This document shows positions 1-6,677 of a stretch of 64,000 nucleotides of DNA, one piece after another. Origin of the DNA: an archaeon. Lineage in GTDB: Archaea > Thermoproteota > Nitrososphaeria > Nitrososphaerales > Gagatemarchaeaceae. The first letter of the stretch is position 1. Each line of letters starts with the position of its first letter. Position numbers and translations under genes: made by a program. The notes beneath the pieces were generated by a model, which saw nothing but the letters and a program-made list of their open reading frames with translations, ran no database searches and was not told the DNA's origin. The DNA is taken from positions 1,307,206 to 1,371,205 of the forward strand of contig CP066694.1 in assembly GCA_016432545.1 (NCBI GenBank), read 5' to 3'.

Positions 1-1076
1 ATCGTGAGGAACACCTTGCATATCGGGCAGTAGCAGGGAAGTAGATAGGTCGGTCTCATCTTTCGGTGAAGTTCTTCGAAAGTGTCATATGTCATATCCT
101 CCGTGTTGTAGTAGACCCCATTCTTGGGGGGCGCTTCTTCACTTCTGCGCCCGAAGAAGTAGGGGTCCGTAGAAATGGGGAGTGAGACAGCCGAAACCCC
201 ATAACACCATCCGATGTAACTTAGATGGTCCATGTTCATGATATGAATCGGATTCCTGGCGCCTGAAGACTTCATGGCCCTATACATCTCAGAGAAGAAG
301 TTGAAGACATTGTTGACCTGGCTTTCGTTAGAATCATCCATGTTTACAAGTCTGATACCTATTTGGTCAGGGGTCATCGAAACCGCCGTCGCGATTAGCT
401 TGTTGTAATCCTGAGGCTTGATGACAGATGCGCTAATCGTGAGGCAGTTCATTACGTCAATCTTGCCGTAAACGCCAGTGAACACGTTCCTGAGGATGGC
501 ATTAGAATCGCGAATTGCGTCACCGCACTTCTCTATCTGGTCCGCGAACTTGGTGGTCGAAGTTATTGGGACACCAGAGATTATCACAACCGAGGCATCC
601 TTGTCCAGTTGATACCTAATCATGTTCGCGTAGGTCTTGGAGTCGATGAGTGGGTATACGTCTCTCACGACCTTGCCCAATCGCTTGACAGGAGTATCCT
701 CAGTCTTTGCGACTTTCAGCGCTCTGATTATCTTCTCGTCCAGGATTCCAGTCTTGAAGTAGAGGTCCCTGTCCTTCTCGGCCCCTCGGAATGCGAAGTC
801 AAGCTCAGGGTGAACCAGAAATGCCTTGCTTAGAAGAGAGCGACCACTGAGACTTTCTTGCCGTAATTGCATTCCCTCTGTGACGTTCTCGTGGTCCTTT
901 GCGTAAATGAGGAACCCTTCAATCTGTTCCAGGCCCGTCTCACCTGGATGGGACGGAAATCTGTCGTTGACGGAACGCAGGATTCTACCGTCGGTCTTTG
1001 TTTCTGGCGTGAGGAATACGGCTGGCGCATGGAAAAGGCCCCTGCCCTTCTTCAGATGTATTGGTCTGAGATTCAA
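1..1076 (-). CDS. TGT-like (tRNA-guanine transglycosylase / DpdA-like) protein; C-terminus runs off the left window edge
   Basis: Uninterrupted minus-strand frame from TTG at 1076-1074 to position 1; absent from the ORF track because its stop lies outside the window. The manual translation alternates beta-strand-like segments (VVIISGVP, IDVMNCLTISASV, IGIRLVNMD, PIHIMNMD, GVSAVSLPIS). It ends in LLPCYCPICK, a CxCxxC motif at residue ~348, positioned like the TGT zinc site. The start lies 1 nt past the stop of the upstream gene. Confidence 0.45.
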   Translation of the reverse strand, partial: MNLRPIHLKKGRGLFHAPAVFLTPETKTDGRILRSVNDRFPSHPGETGLEQIEGFLIYAKDHENVTEGMQLRQESLSGRSLLSKAFLVHPELDFAFRGAEKDRDLYFKTGILDEKIIRALKVAKTEDTPVKRLGKVVRDVYPLIDSKTYANMIRYQLDKDASVVIISGVPITSTTKFADQIEKCGDAIRDSNAILRNVFTGVYGKIDVMNCLTISASVIKPQDYNKLIATAVSMTPDQIGIRLVNMDDSNESQVNNVFNFFSEMYRAMKSSGARNPIHIMNMDHLSYIGWCYGVSAVSLPISTDPYFFGRRSEEAPPKNGVYYNTEDMTYDTFEELHRKMRPTYLLPCYCPICKVFLT

Positions 1077-1077
1077 C

Positions 1078-1575
1078 TCATTTCCTCTTCAACATCTCAT
1101 TGAGGCAGTCTTTGAGGTATTCGACGAAGTCTGGGAACTTGTCCGCAGGAATCATGATGCCGGTGTCAACGTCCTCGGTGTATCCCTTTCTCTTCTTCCT
1201 TTGCACATACACGAAGTCGCCAAGCCTGTTCCTCAGCTGATAAGTCATGAACTCGGTGTCAGCGTCAATCTCCAATTTCCTCTCCAACACCGCATGCAAC
1301 GCCCTGGTGTTTGGGAAGTAGACGGTGGTTCTATCGTAGTTGAATGTGTAGATTTCGCCCGTCTTGACCATGATGCTGAGATGCTTGTCGAGGATACGCG
1401 GGTCAATCTCAAGCGCATTCTTGATTTGTTTGGTTGTGATTCCGTTTGGGTAGTTGGCTTCGACAGTTCGCTTGATGAGGTTCTTCAGGTAGTGCTCCTT
1501 CTCGTAATCTGGAAGCTTGACGTATTCCTCCTTACTCAGACGGTCTTCTGGAACTTGAATCCCAACTGCTGTCAA
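1078..1575 (-). CDS. hypothetical protein, possible winged-helix DNA-binding domain
   Basis: 165-aa ORF that abuts the downstream TGT-like gene. TATA-like TTAATATA lies at ~1603-1612 upstream. No recognisable catalytic motif. Confidence 0.55.
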   Translation of the reverse strand: MTAVGIQVPEDRLSKEEYVKLPDYEKEHYLKNLIKRTVEANYPNGITTKQIKNALEIDPRILDKHLSIMVKTGEIYTFNYDRTTVYFPNTRALHAVLERKLEIDADTEFMTYQLRNRLGDFVYVQRKKRKGYTEDVDTGIMIPADKFPDFVEYLKDCLNEMLKRK

Positions 1576-1625
1576 ATCTGACTCTTGCCTACGTGAAACG
1601 GTTAATATACCTTTGGACAGGAAGT

Positions 1626-1645
1626 ATGGACACGATGCTGTCCAT
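1626..1645. promoter_or_regulatory. perfect inverted repeat ATGGACA-cgatgc-TGTCCAT in the promoter region of the 1078..1575 gene
   Basis: Read directly. It is embedded in four direct GGACA(C/A/G) copies at ~1616, 1628, 1692 and 1731; GGACACGA is exact at 1628-1635 and 1692-1699. Confidence 0.35.
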
Positions 1646-1780
1646 GCGTGGGGCTAATAAAGCAATACTCAGCCACTCAGGCGAAATCTGTGGACACGAA
1701 CATTGCGGGGCCTCGCCCTATCTGAAGGTTGGACAACGACATGTTTGCCCTTTAACTGGAAGGAATCAAGATTGAGCGGG

Positions 1781-2242
1781 CTAAAGAACAACCGTTCGAG
1801 ACGAACCCTTTGAGACTTGCCTTTTGTACTCATCGAACTTTGGGTGCTCATTGGCCCATCGCCTTAAGAAGTCGCTACTGAGTGACGCGGTCAGGAAGAA
1901 CCCAGTAAGATAGTATCTAGGAACGGACTTCCTCTTTCTCCCAGTTCGTTTGGAGTAGAATTCCCAGGCCACATCCCTATACGTCTCCGACTGAACGCGG
2001 ATTTTCTCCCAGAGCTCCTCTTTGATTGTGAGGGCCACCTCTTGGTTGCTGGAGAGCCAGTCGAGAAATGACAGCGCTTCTTCCACTTCTGGCGTCGGAG
2101 TGAACGTTCCTTGGGGACTCGATGACAGGAATCCAATGGCCCTCTGGGTAGTGACGGGTATTGCCTGACTCTCGGCAAAGGCCCTTAGGACCTGAAGGTG
2201 ACCACCTCCAATCATCATACCAGCCGAGCCGACTTGGGGCAT
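1781..2242 (-). CDS. hypothetical protein
   Basis: 153-aa ORF, co-directional with its neighbours. Its start lies 3 nt after the stop of the 2246..2497 ORF. Confidence 0.5.
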   Translation of the reverse strand: MPQVGSAGMMIGGGHLQVLRAFAESQAIPVTTQRAIGFLSSSPQGTFTPTPEVEEALSFLDWLSSNQEVALTIKEELWEKIRVQSETYRDVAWEFYSKRTGRKRKSVPRYYLTGFFLTASLSSDFLRRWANEHPKFDEYKRQVSKGSSRTVVL

Positions 2243-2245
2243 TCC

Positions 2246-2497
2246 CTAGTTCGCCCCGATACCTATGTTCGTTGATGGAAGTGTCGGAGCCTTCGCTTTC
2301 CTCTCGACTCGACCAGAGGCAGCCAAGCTCCATGAGAATCGTCGCGCCCTTTCACGAATCTCCTGGAAAAGAGGATGAGTCCCAATGAGGACCCCCAGAA
2401 CCTGCATGTCATTCAACTCCAATTCGCCGTTCGCGCTCCTCACGAAGACCATCTCAAGAAACGCCCCCTCATATGTCACCTTGACTCGGGTTGCCAT
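2246..2497 (-). CDS. hypothetical small protein
   Basis: 83-aa ORF tightly packed with the downstream ORF. Confidence 0.45.
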   Translation of the reverse strand: MATRVKVTYEGAFLEMVFVRSANGELELNDMQVLGVLIGTHPLFQEIRERARRFSWSLAASGRVERKAKAPTLPSTNIGIGAN

Positions 2498-2506
2498 ACC
2501 CCCACC

Positions 2507-2521
2507 TACCCCATTGGGGTA
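2507..2521. promoter_or_regulatory. palindrome TACCCCA-t-TGGGGTA upstream of the 2246..2497 gene
   Basis: 7-1-7 inverted repeat read directly. Related copies: TACCCCCA at 2497-2504 and GTGGGGTATG at 2541-2550. Confidence 0.35.
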
Positions 2522-2564
2522 TTATATGGATTGCGGTATAGTGGGGTATGAGGGCGGTAGGCCC

Positions 2565-2903
2565 TTACTGGGTAACCAGGCTGGCTCGGCGATACAGCTT
2601 GGCACGACCAACTGGCCTGACGCTCACCATCCCCTGTTCGCGGAGCGTTTCCAAGTAAGCCGCCACAGTCTGCCTCCTTACTCCAGACAGTTTGCTCGCT
2701 TCTGCAATCGTAAGGCCCTCGGGATTGTCGCTTAGAACCGCAACCACCTTAGGCCATAGATTCTTGTCAGGGTAAGGCCTTCCCTTCGGCCTTGCTGGTG
2801 ATGGAATCTTCGGTTGCTGAAGTGGAATCTCTTGCCTAGGAAATTCGGGCCTAATCCGTCGCCCATACTTCGACTTCATCGCAGCCGACTCTTCCTTTTG
2901 CAT
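2565..2903 (-). CDS. winged-helix DNA-binding protein
   Basis: 112 aa. The C-terminal half (LTIAEASKLSGVRRQTVAAYLETLREQGMVSVRPVGRAKLY) has the HTH plus wing pattern of small archaeal MarR/ArsR-like regulators. Confidence 0.6.
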   Translation of the reverse strand: MQKEESAAMKSKYGRRIRPEFPRQEIPLQQPKIPSPARPKGRPYPDKNLWPKVVAVLSDNPEGLTIAEASKLSGVRRQTVAAYLETLREQGMVSVRPVGRAKLYRRASLVTQ

Positions 2904-2918
2904 CGTCTATACGACATA

Positions 2919-2935
2919 ATGATGGCGCACATCAT
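2919..2935. promoter_or_regulatory. inverted repeat ATGATG-gcgca-CATCAT between a TATA-like box and the start of the 2565..2903 gene
   Basis: Perfect 6-bp arms read directly. The AT-rich TATA-like stretch gtcttaaatagtattt lies just upstream on the minus strand. Confidence 0.3.
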
Positions 2936-2994
2936 CGTACGGTAAGTCTTAAATAGTATTTATCGAACATTGTGGTGCGGAAAATGGTCGACTT

Positions 2995-3135
2995 TCAGCC
3001 TGCGTCCTTCAGCCTCTGCAAAGCGAACTCTATGGCATGCGTCCTGTTACTGAACCTCTTGGTCTTGATTTGTGCGTCTATCCAGGCGAGCAAGTCCCTG
3101 TCCAATGAAACGCTTGTCTTGAGCTTCTTGGCCAC
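2995..3135 (-). CDS. ribbon-helix-helix (CopG/MetJ-like) protein, 46 aa, GTG start
   Basis: Not in the ORF track. Manual translation: (M)AKKLKTSVSLDRDLLAWIDAQIKTKRFSNRTHAIEFALQRLKDAG. This is the classic RHH beta-strand (VSLD) followed by two helices. Confidence 0.6.
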   Translation of the reverse strand: MAKKLKTSVSLDRDLLAWIDAQIKTKRFSNRTHAIEFALQRLKDAG

Positions 3136-3215
3136 GGCGGTCAGTCATACCCCATCGTACCGCAAAGTATTTAGGGGTTCATACCTTAGGGGGGTATATT
3201 GGGGTATTCGGAGAA

Positions 3216-3464
3216 GTGAGAGACCTGCGCGCAATCAAGGGGATGACGATGGCAAGTTGGCCTGGGACTGTGACGCCGACACAATCAGGGTCTTACGAGG
3301 TCCGTTCGGAGAATCATCGAGGACTCTACGTGGTGGCCCGCAATTCCGAGGAGGAGTGGGAATGCTCCTGCGAAGACTACCAATACAGGAGGATGCCCTG
3401 TAAGCATTGCTGGGCCGTAATCTACGCACTGAGGTTGGCCAGCGAAAACTTGGGGAATACCTGA
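3216..3464 (+). CDS. SWIM zinc-finger protein
   Basis: 82 aa containing WECSCEDYQYRRMPCKHCWAV (CxC-x(n)-CxH SWIM signature). Its stop TGA (3462-3464) overlaps the ATG at 3464 of the next gene. Confidence 0.65.
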   Translation: MRDLRAIKGMTMASWPGTVTPTQSGSYEVRSENHRGLYVVARNSEEEWECSCEDYQYRRMPCKHCWAVIYALRLASENLGNT

Positions 3465-4813
3465 TGAATGGAGGCCAAGTCGACTCCCGTAAGGCTAGCG
3501 ACAAGAGCGTAGTGGCACTGGAGGCAGCGGTAGCTCCAGATTCCGCGGCACCTGAGTTGCCCCTGCGGAGACGGTTGAAGGAAGATGTAATCTCGAAGGG
3601 ATGGAAAATTTTCCAAGCTGGGGGTATCAAAGGGAATCCAAATGGTAGCTTCGAGGTTCCTTCGCTTACCAGTCAGGGTCAGTCGTACAAGGTAATCTTG
3701 TTCCGAAACGAATGGAGATGTTCATGCCCCAGCTTTCAGAAGACGGAAGTCGTGATGTGCAAGCACTGCTACGCGGTCAGGTTCTGGTTGACAGTGAACT
3801 TCTATGAGTCAATGAGTACCAACAAGCCAAAGGTCCTTGGGGAAAATGTGAATTCATGTTACATCTGCGGTTCTGTTAACACAATCAGGTACGGCAAGCC
3901 GCGTGGGAAACAGTGGTACTATTGCAAGGACTGCAACCGCAAGTTCACAGAGTACTCTCTTCTCAAGAAAGCTAGGTACAAGACTGAAATCAAACTAACG
4001 ACCTTGGAGCTGTACTTCGACGGGCTCTCCCTCCGAAAGATTTCTGCCTTCTGGGGGCGCTACGACCTCTCTATTCCCTTTCAAACTATTGCGAAGTGGA
4101 TAAGGAAGGTAATCGATATACTGAACCAGTACACCTCTACTCTAGTTCCGCAACTTGGAAGAAGGTGGAACGAGGACGAGATGAAGGTCAAGAAGAAAGG
4201 AGGTGAGGTCGAGGAGGATGGGAGTCAATATGGCTGGCTGTGGAATGTGCTTGACAAGAGCACCCGATTCCTTCTCGCATGCGAGATGAGCATGACCAGG
4301 AATGAAGTGGACGCGATGAAGGCCTTCCTGAAGGCTAAGGCTACCGCTAAGGTGAACCCTTCCGAGATAGTCACAGACAAGCTGGCCTCCTTACCCCGTG
4401 GGATTGAGCGAGCCTTCATCAACGATGCAGTAATGCCCAAACACACCGTCATCAAGTCTGGAGCTGGGACCCCGAATGCCAACGAGTGGGCAGAGAGATT
4501 CAATAACACGGTTCGGGAACGCACCAAGACTCAACGCGGCTGGAAGTCAGACGACGCCCTTATCCGTCTAGGGATGCTCCTTTGGTTCAATTTCCTTCGC
4601 CCTAATCAAGGACTCAAAGGGCTGACTCCCGCCGAAATGGCAGGTCTCTACCAGGCTTCGGGACCCAATCGCATTGCTGAACTACTGAGGAATGCGACGG
4701 CTCAGGCCTTGGATGCAACGATTAGAGGGATTCATCAGGCAAGCCGAAGTCTACCCACCACGAGCATCTCAAATGCTATGTCGGAAGCCTTCTCAACGAG
4801 AGGAACCAAGTGA
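3464..4813 (+). CDS. DDE transposase (IS6-like) with N-terminal SWIM finger and zinc ribbon
   Basis: Second SWIM: WRCSCPSFQKTEVVMCKHCYAV. Zn ribbon: CYICGSVNTIRYGKPRGKQWYYCKDCNRKF. DDE-like blocks: WNEDEMKVKKKG, WLWNVLDKSTRFLL, IVTDKLASLPRGI, NANEWAERFNNTVRERTK. Start moved to the ATG at 3464, so the ORF-track start at 3407 overlaps the upstream gene. Confidence 0.75.
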   Translation: MNGGQVDSRKASDKSVVALEAAVAPDSAAPELPLRRRLKEDVISKGWKIFQAGGIKGNPNGSFEVPSLTSQGQSYKVILFRNEWRCSCPSFQKTEVVMCKHCYAVRFWLTVNFYESMSTNKPKVLGENVNSCYICGSVNTIRYGKPRGKQWYYCKDCNRKFTEYSLLKKARYKTEIKLTTLELYFDGLSLRKISAFWGRYDLSIPFQTIAKWIRKVIDILNQYTSTLVPQLGRRWNEDEMKVKKKGGEVEEDGSQYGWLWNVLDKSTRFLLACEMSMTRNEVDAMKAFLKAKATAKVNPSEIVTDKLASLPRGIERAFINDAVMPKHTVIKSGAGTPNANEWAERFNNTVRERTKTQRGWKSDDALIRLGMLLWFNFLRPNQGLKGLTPAEMAGLYQASGPNRIAELLRNATAQALDATIRGIHQASRSLPTTSISNAMSEAFSTRGTK

Positions 4814-5380
4814 GTCCGATAACCTCTCCCCTATACTCAATCTGTATTTCCTCCTCGATTTCATGATTGGGTCTACGAGATGTCGAACCTCTTTTGTGAC
4901 TTCACGCTCGACTCGGGCATCTCGGCCATGCGAGAGGGCTTCGATGCGTATCCTCTGCTTCATGAGGTTGTCCCATTCATGGTATTGGCTTCTTGAAAGA
5001 AACTCCTGAGGATAGTTGAGAATGTCCATGTGGACCATTGGGAACTGTTGCCTTAATGCCTTCATCCTTGCCATATTCTCGTTTGACACTTCGAGGTCGG
5101 GCGACAGCGTGCGGACGAAGGCTTGAGTAACATCGGTCGGAGTTCTGTTCGCCTTCCTGCGGTCCTGCCATCGGGAGAAACTTGCGATGGACGCCAAAGT
5201 CGTGAGGATAGAAGCGGCCAGGGAGATTGCCGAGAGCCAGTCGAGGGTGGGTATCAAGCCGAATCCCCCGAAGGGGACCGAGGTGACTACCGACCACAGG
5301 TACGACAGTAACGGGTCTATTATCCTCCAGAGTACGATGGTCGCGAGAAGTTCGACGAACCATTGGAGTTTCTTATCCAA
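4793..5380 (-). CDS. hypothetical membrane protein (hydrophobic N-terminal segments, charged soluble C-terminal domain)
   Basis: 195-aa ORF. The N-terminal ~70 aa are hydrophobic (WFVELLATIVLWRII, WLSAISLAASILTTLASIASF). The 3' end overlaps the transposase 3' end by 21 nt. Confidence 0.5.
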   Translation of the reverse strand: MDKKLQWFVELLATIVLWRIIDPLLSYLWSVVTSVPFGGFGLIPTLDWLSAISLAASILTTLASIASFSRWQDRRKANRTPTDVTQAFVRTLSPDLEVSNENMARMKALRQQFPMVHMDILNYPQEFLSRSQYHEWDNLMKQRIRIEALSHGRDARVEREVTKEVRHLVDPIMKSRRKYRLSIGERLSDSLGSSR

Positions 5381-5536
5381 TGCGTCTCATAGCCAGCGAA
5401 TAATCTGAATAAAGCTGTATCACGAAGAGAGTTATCAGAAACACCAACGAGTCCAGCTTAATATGACAGATTCTTCGTGGAACTGTTCAAGATAGCGGCT
5501 CACCGACTTCTCCGTCAAGCGTCGGCTCATGAGGGC

Positions 5537-5968
5537 TTAGGTGTCGAACTTCAGCCGTCTACCGCCTGACATTCGCGCTTCTTCATCCACCGAGAACTCG
5601 TTCTCCATTTCGCGGCGGTCAAAAGAGACGACCGAATTGCCGACGATGATGAGAGCACTCTGTTTGAAACTGAATCGTCTGATGGCGGCTTCAGGTTCTA
5701 CGACTGAAATCGACGACTCGCCCATAGCAACAAAGGCTCTGCCGTTCACCACATCCTTAAGCTCCAGTTCGCCCGAGGAAGTAATCTCATCCCAGCTTCC
5801 TTCAAGGCTGAGTTCTATGAACGAGAGGAATACGTCGTGTCCCACATCATAAGGGCCTCCTCTCGATTCTCTTAACTTGTCGGCAGACGCCAAAGGCGTT
5901 AGCCGTCGGCAGTTAGGGGTCGAAACTAAGGAAGATGTTCCAGAGTCTTTGCACTTGTTCCCGCACAC
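5537..5968 (-). CDS. hypothetical protein (maximal ORF; an alternative TTG start at 5893 would avoid overlap with the upstream gene)
   Basis: 143-aa ORF overlapping the upstream ORF by 56 nt. An in-frame TTG at 5893-5891 would give ~118 aa. Confidence 0.35.
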   Translation of the reverse strand: MCGNKCKDSGTSSLVSTPNCRRLTPLASADKLRESRGGPYDVGHDVFLSFIELSLEGSWDEITSSGELELKDVVNGRAFVAMGESSISVVEPEAAIRRFSFKQSALIIVGNSVVSFDRREMENEFSVDEEARMSGGRRLKFDT

Positions 5969-6476
5969 CTATTCTGGGGATGACCTCCGCGCCAAGGGAA
6001 GACATGAATCGACCGATTTCTTCAGAGCCTTTGGCCGACTCTGAAGGCAGATACGTGAGCTTGACGCTGACTCCCTCCCCTCGTAGTTTCTTAATCGGCT
6101 CAGTGATGCAGAGCTTGTTCAGTTCTCCCTTCCTGTTCCTCTGAATCCTGAAGGCCGTGATTAGCAATGAGCAACCCCCTTTCTCGGCGAACCTCATCTT
6201 TCTATCCATGCATCTGTTCACGGCCTCGAAGTCGCAGAACGGACAATCTCTTTGTTCTTGACAGGAACCGTGGAAGATACAAACTCCCTTCCCTTCGTGA
6301 GAGAATAGGTATCTGCCTGAAACAGGTCTCAGGCTCGCCTTCAGGCCGCTATGCGCATTCTTTCCGATAGTCGTTGATTTGCCCACCCTCGCAACCCCCG
6401 CGACAATCAGCACTTTCTTCGGACGTGGCATGAGTGAGTGATGGCGAGTCAAACGAGTTAAGGCTTCTTTCCTCAT
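5913..6476 (-). CDS. hypothetical Cys-rich protein with a Walker-A-like motif
   Basis: 187 aa. KKVLIVAGVARVGKSTT fits a beta-strand plus GxxxxGK[ST]. A Cys cluster (CIFHGSCQEQRDCPFCDFEAVNRC) follows. No clear Walker B was seen. Confidence 0.45.
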   Translation of the reverse strand: MRKEALTRLTRHHSLMPRPKKVLIVAGVARVGKSTTIGKNAHSGLKASLRPVSGRYLFSHEGKGVCIFHGSCQEQRDCPFCDFEAVNRCMDRKMRFAEKGGCSLLITAFRIQRNRKGELNKLCITEPIKKLRGEGVSVKLTYLPSESAKGSEEIGRFMSSLGAEVIPRIGVREQVQRLWNIFLSFDP

Positions 6477-6619
6477 CGTAATTTCTCTTTGTCTACCATC
6501 TCGTCAATCTTCACGGGCGGAGGCATCCACCCAGACCTCGCACAACTGATTTGGACGGTGTGCTCGCCGATGTCTTTGGCCTTGAAACCGGTAGAACCGC
6601 AATTGGGACATTCGTGCAA
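6473..6619 (-). CDS. small zinc-ribbon-like protein, 48 aa, TTG start
   Basis: Not in the ORF track. Manual translation: (M)HECPNCGSTGFKAKDIGEHTVQISCARSGWMPPPVKIDEMVDKEKLR. Its TGA stop overlaps the ATG of the 5913..6476 ORF (ATGA overlap). A TATA-like ATATAG lies ~30 nt upstream. Confidence 0.4.
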   Translation of the reverse strand: MHECPNCGSTGFKAKDIGEHTVQISCARSGWMPPPVKIDEMVDKEKLR

Positions 6620-6677
6620 ATTGTGACCGTGAGAGACGGCAAAAGTCTATATTGGTTTTCTGCCGACCCATGCCTCC

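Larger units (their letters stand above)
3216..4813 (+). mobile_element. IS-like unit (SWIM ORF + transposase); termini not resolved
   Basis: Transposase content. Only a weak candidate inverted pair was seen: ggggtattcgga at ~3201-3212 versus the reverse complement of tccgataacctc at 4814-4825, matching 9 of 12. Confidence 0.4.

Noticed and set aside
907-1581. 224-aa plus-strand ORF
   Set aside because: It spans the antisense of two tightly coupled minus-strand genes (the TGT-like gene and the 165-aa gene) and has no motifs.
3201-4825. Candidate terminal inverted repeats of the IS (ggggtattcgga / reverse complement of tccgataacctc)
   Set aside because: Only 9 of 12 positions match, and the left arm coincides with the TGGGGTA operator-like motif that also occurs at 2507-2550. 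This is insufficient to define the IS ends.
5537-5968. HDVFLSF motif suggesting a TIR domain
   Set aside because: Only the heptapeptide resembles the TIR N-terminal strand. The following sequence lacks the other TIR blocks and is too short, so no TIR call is made.
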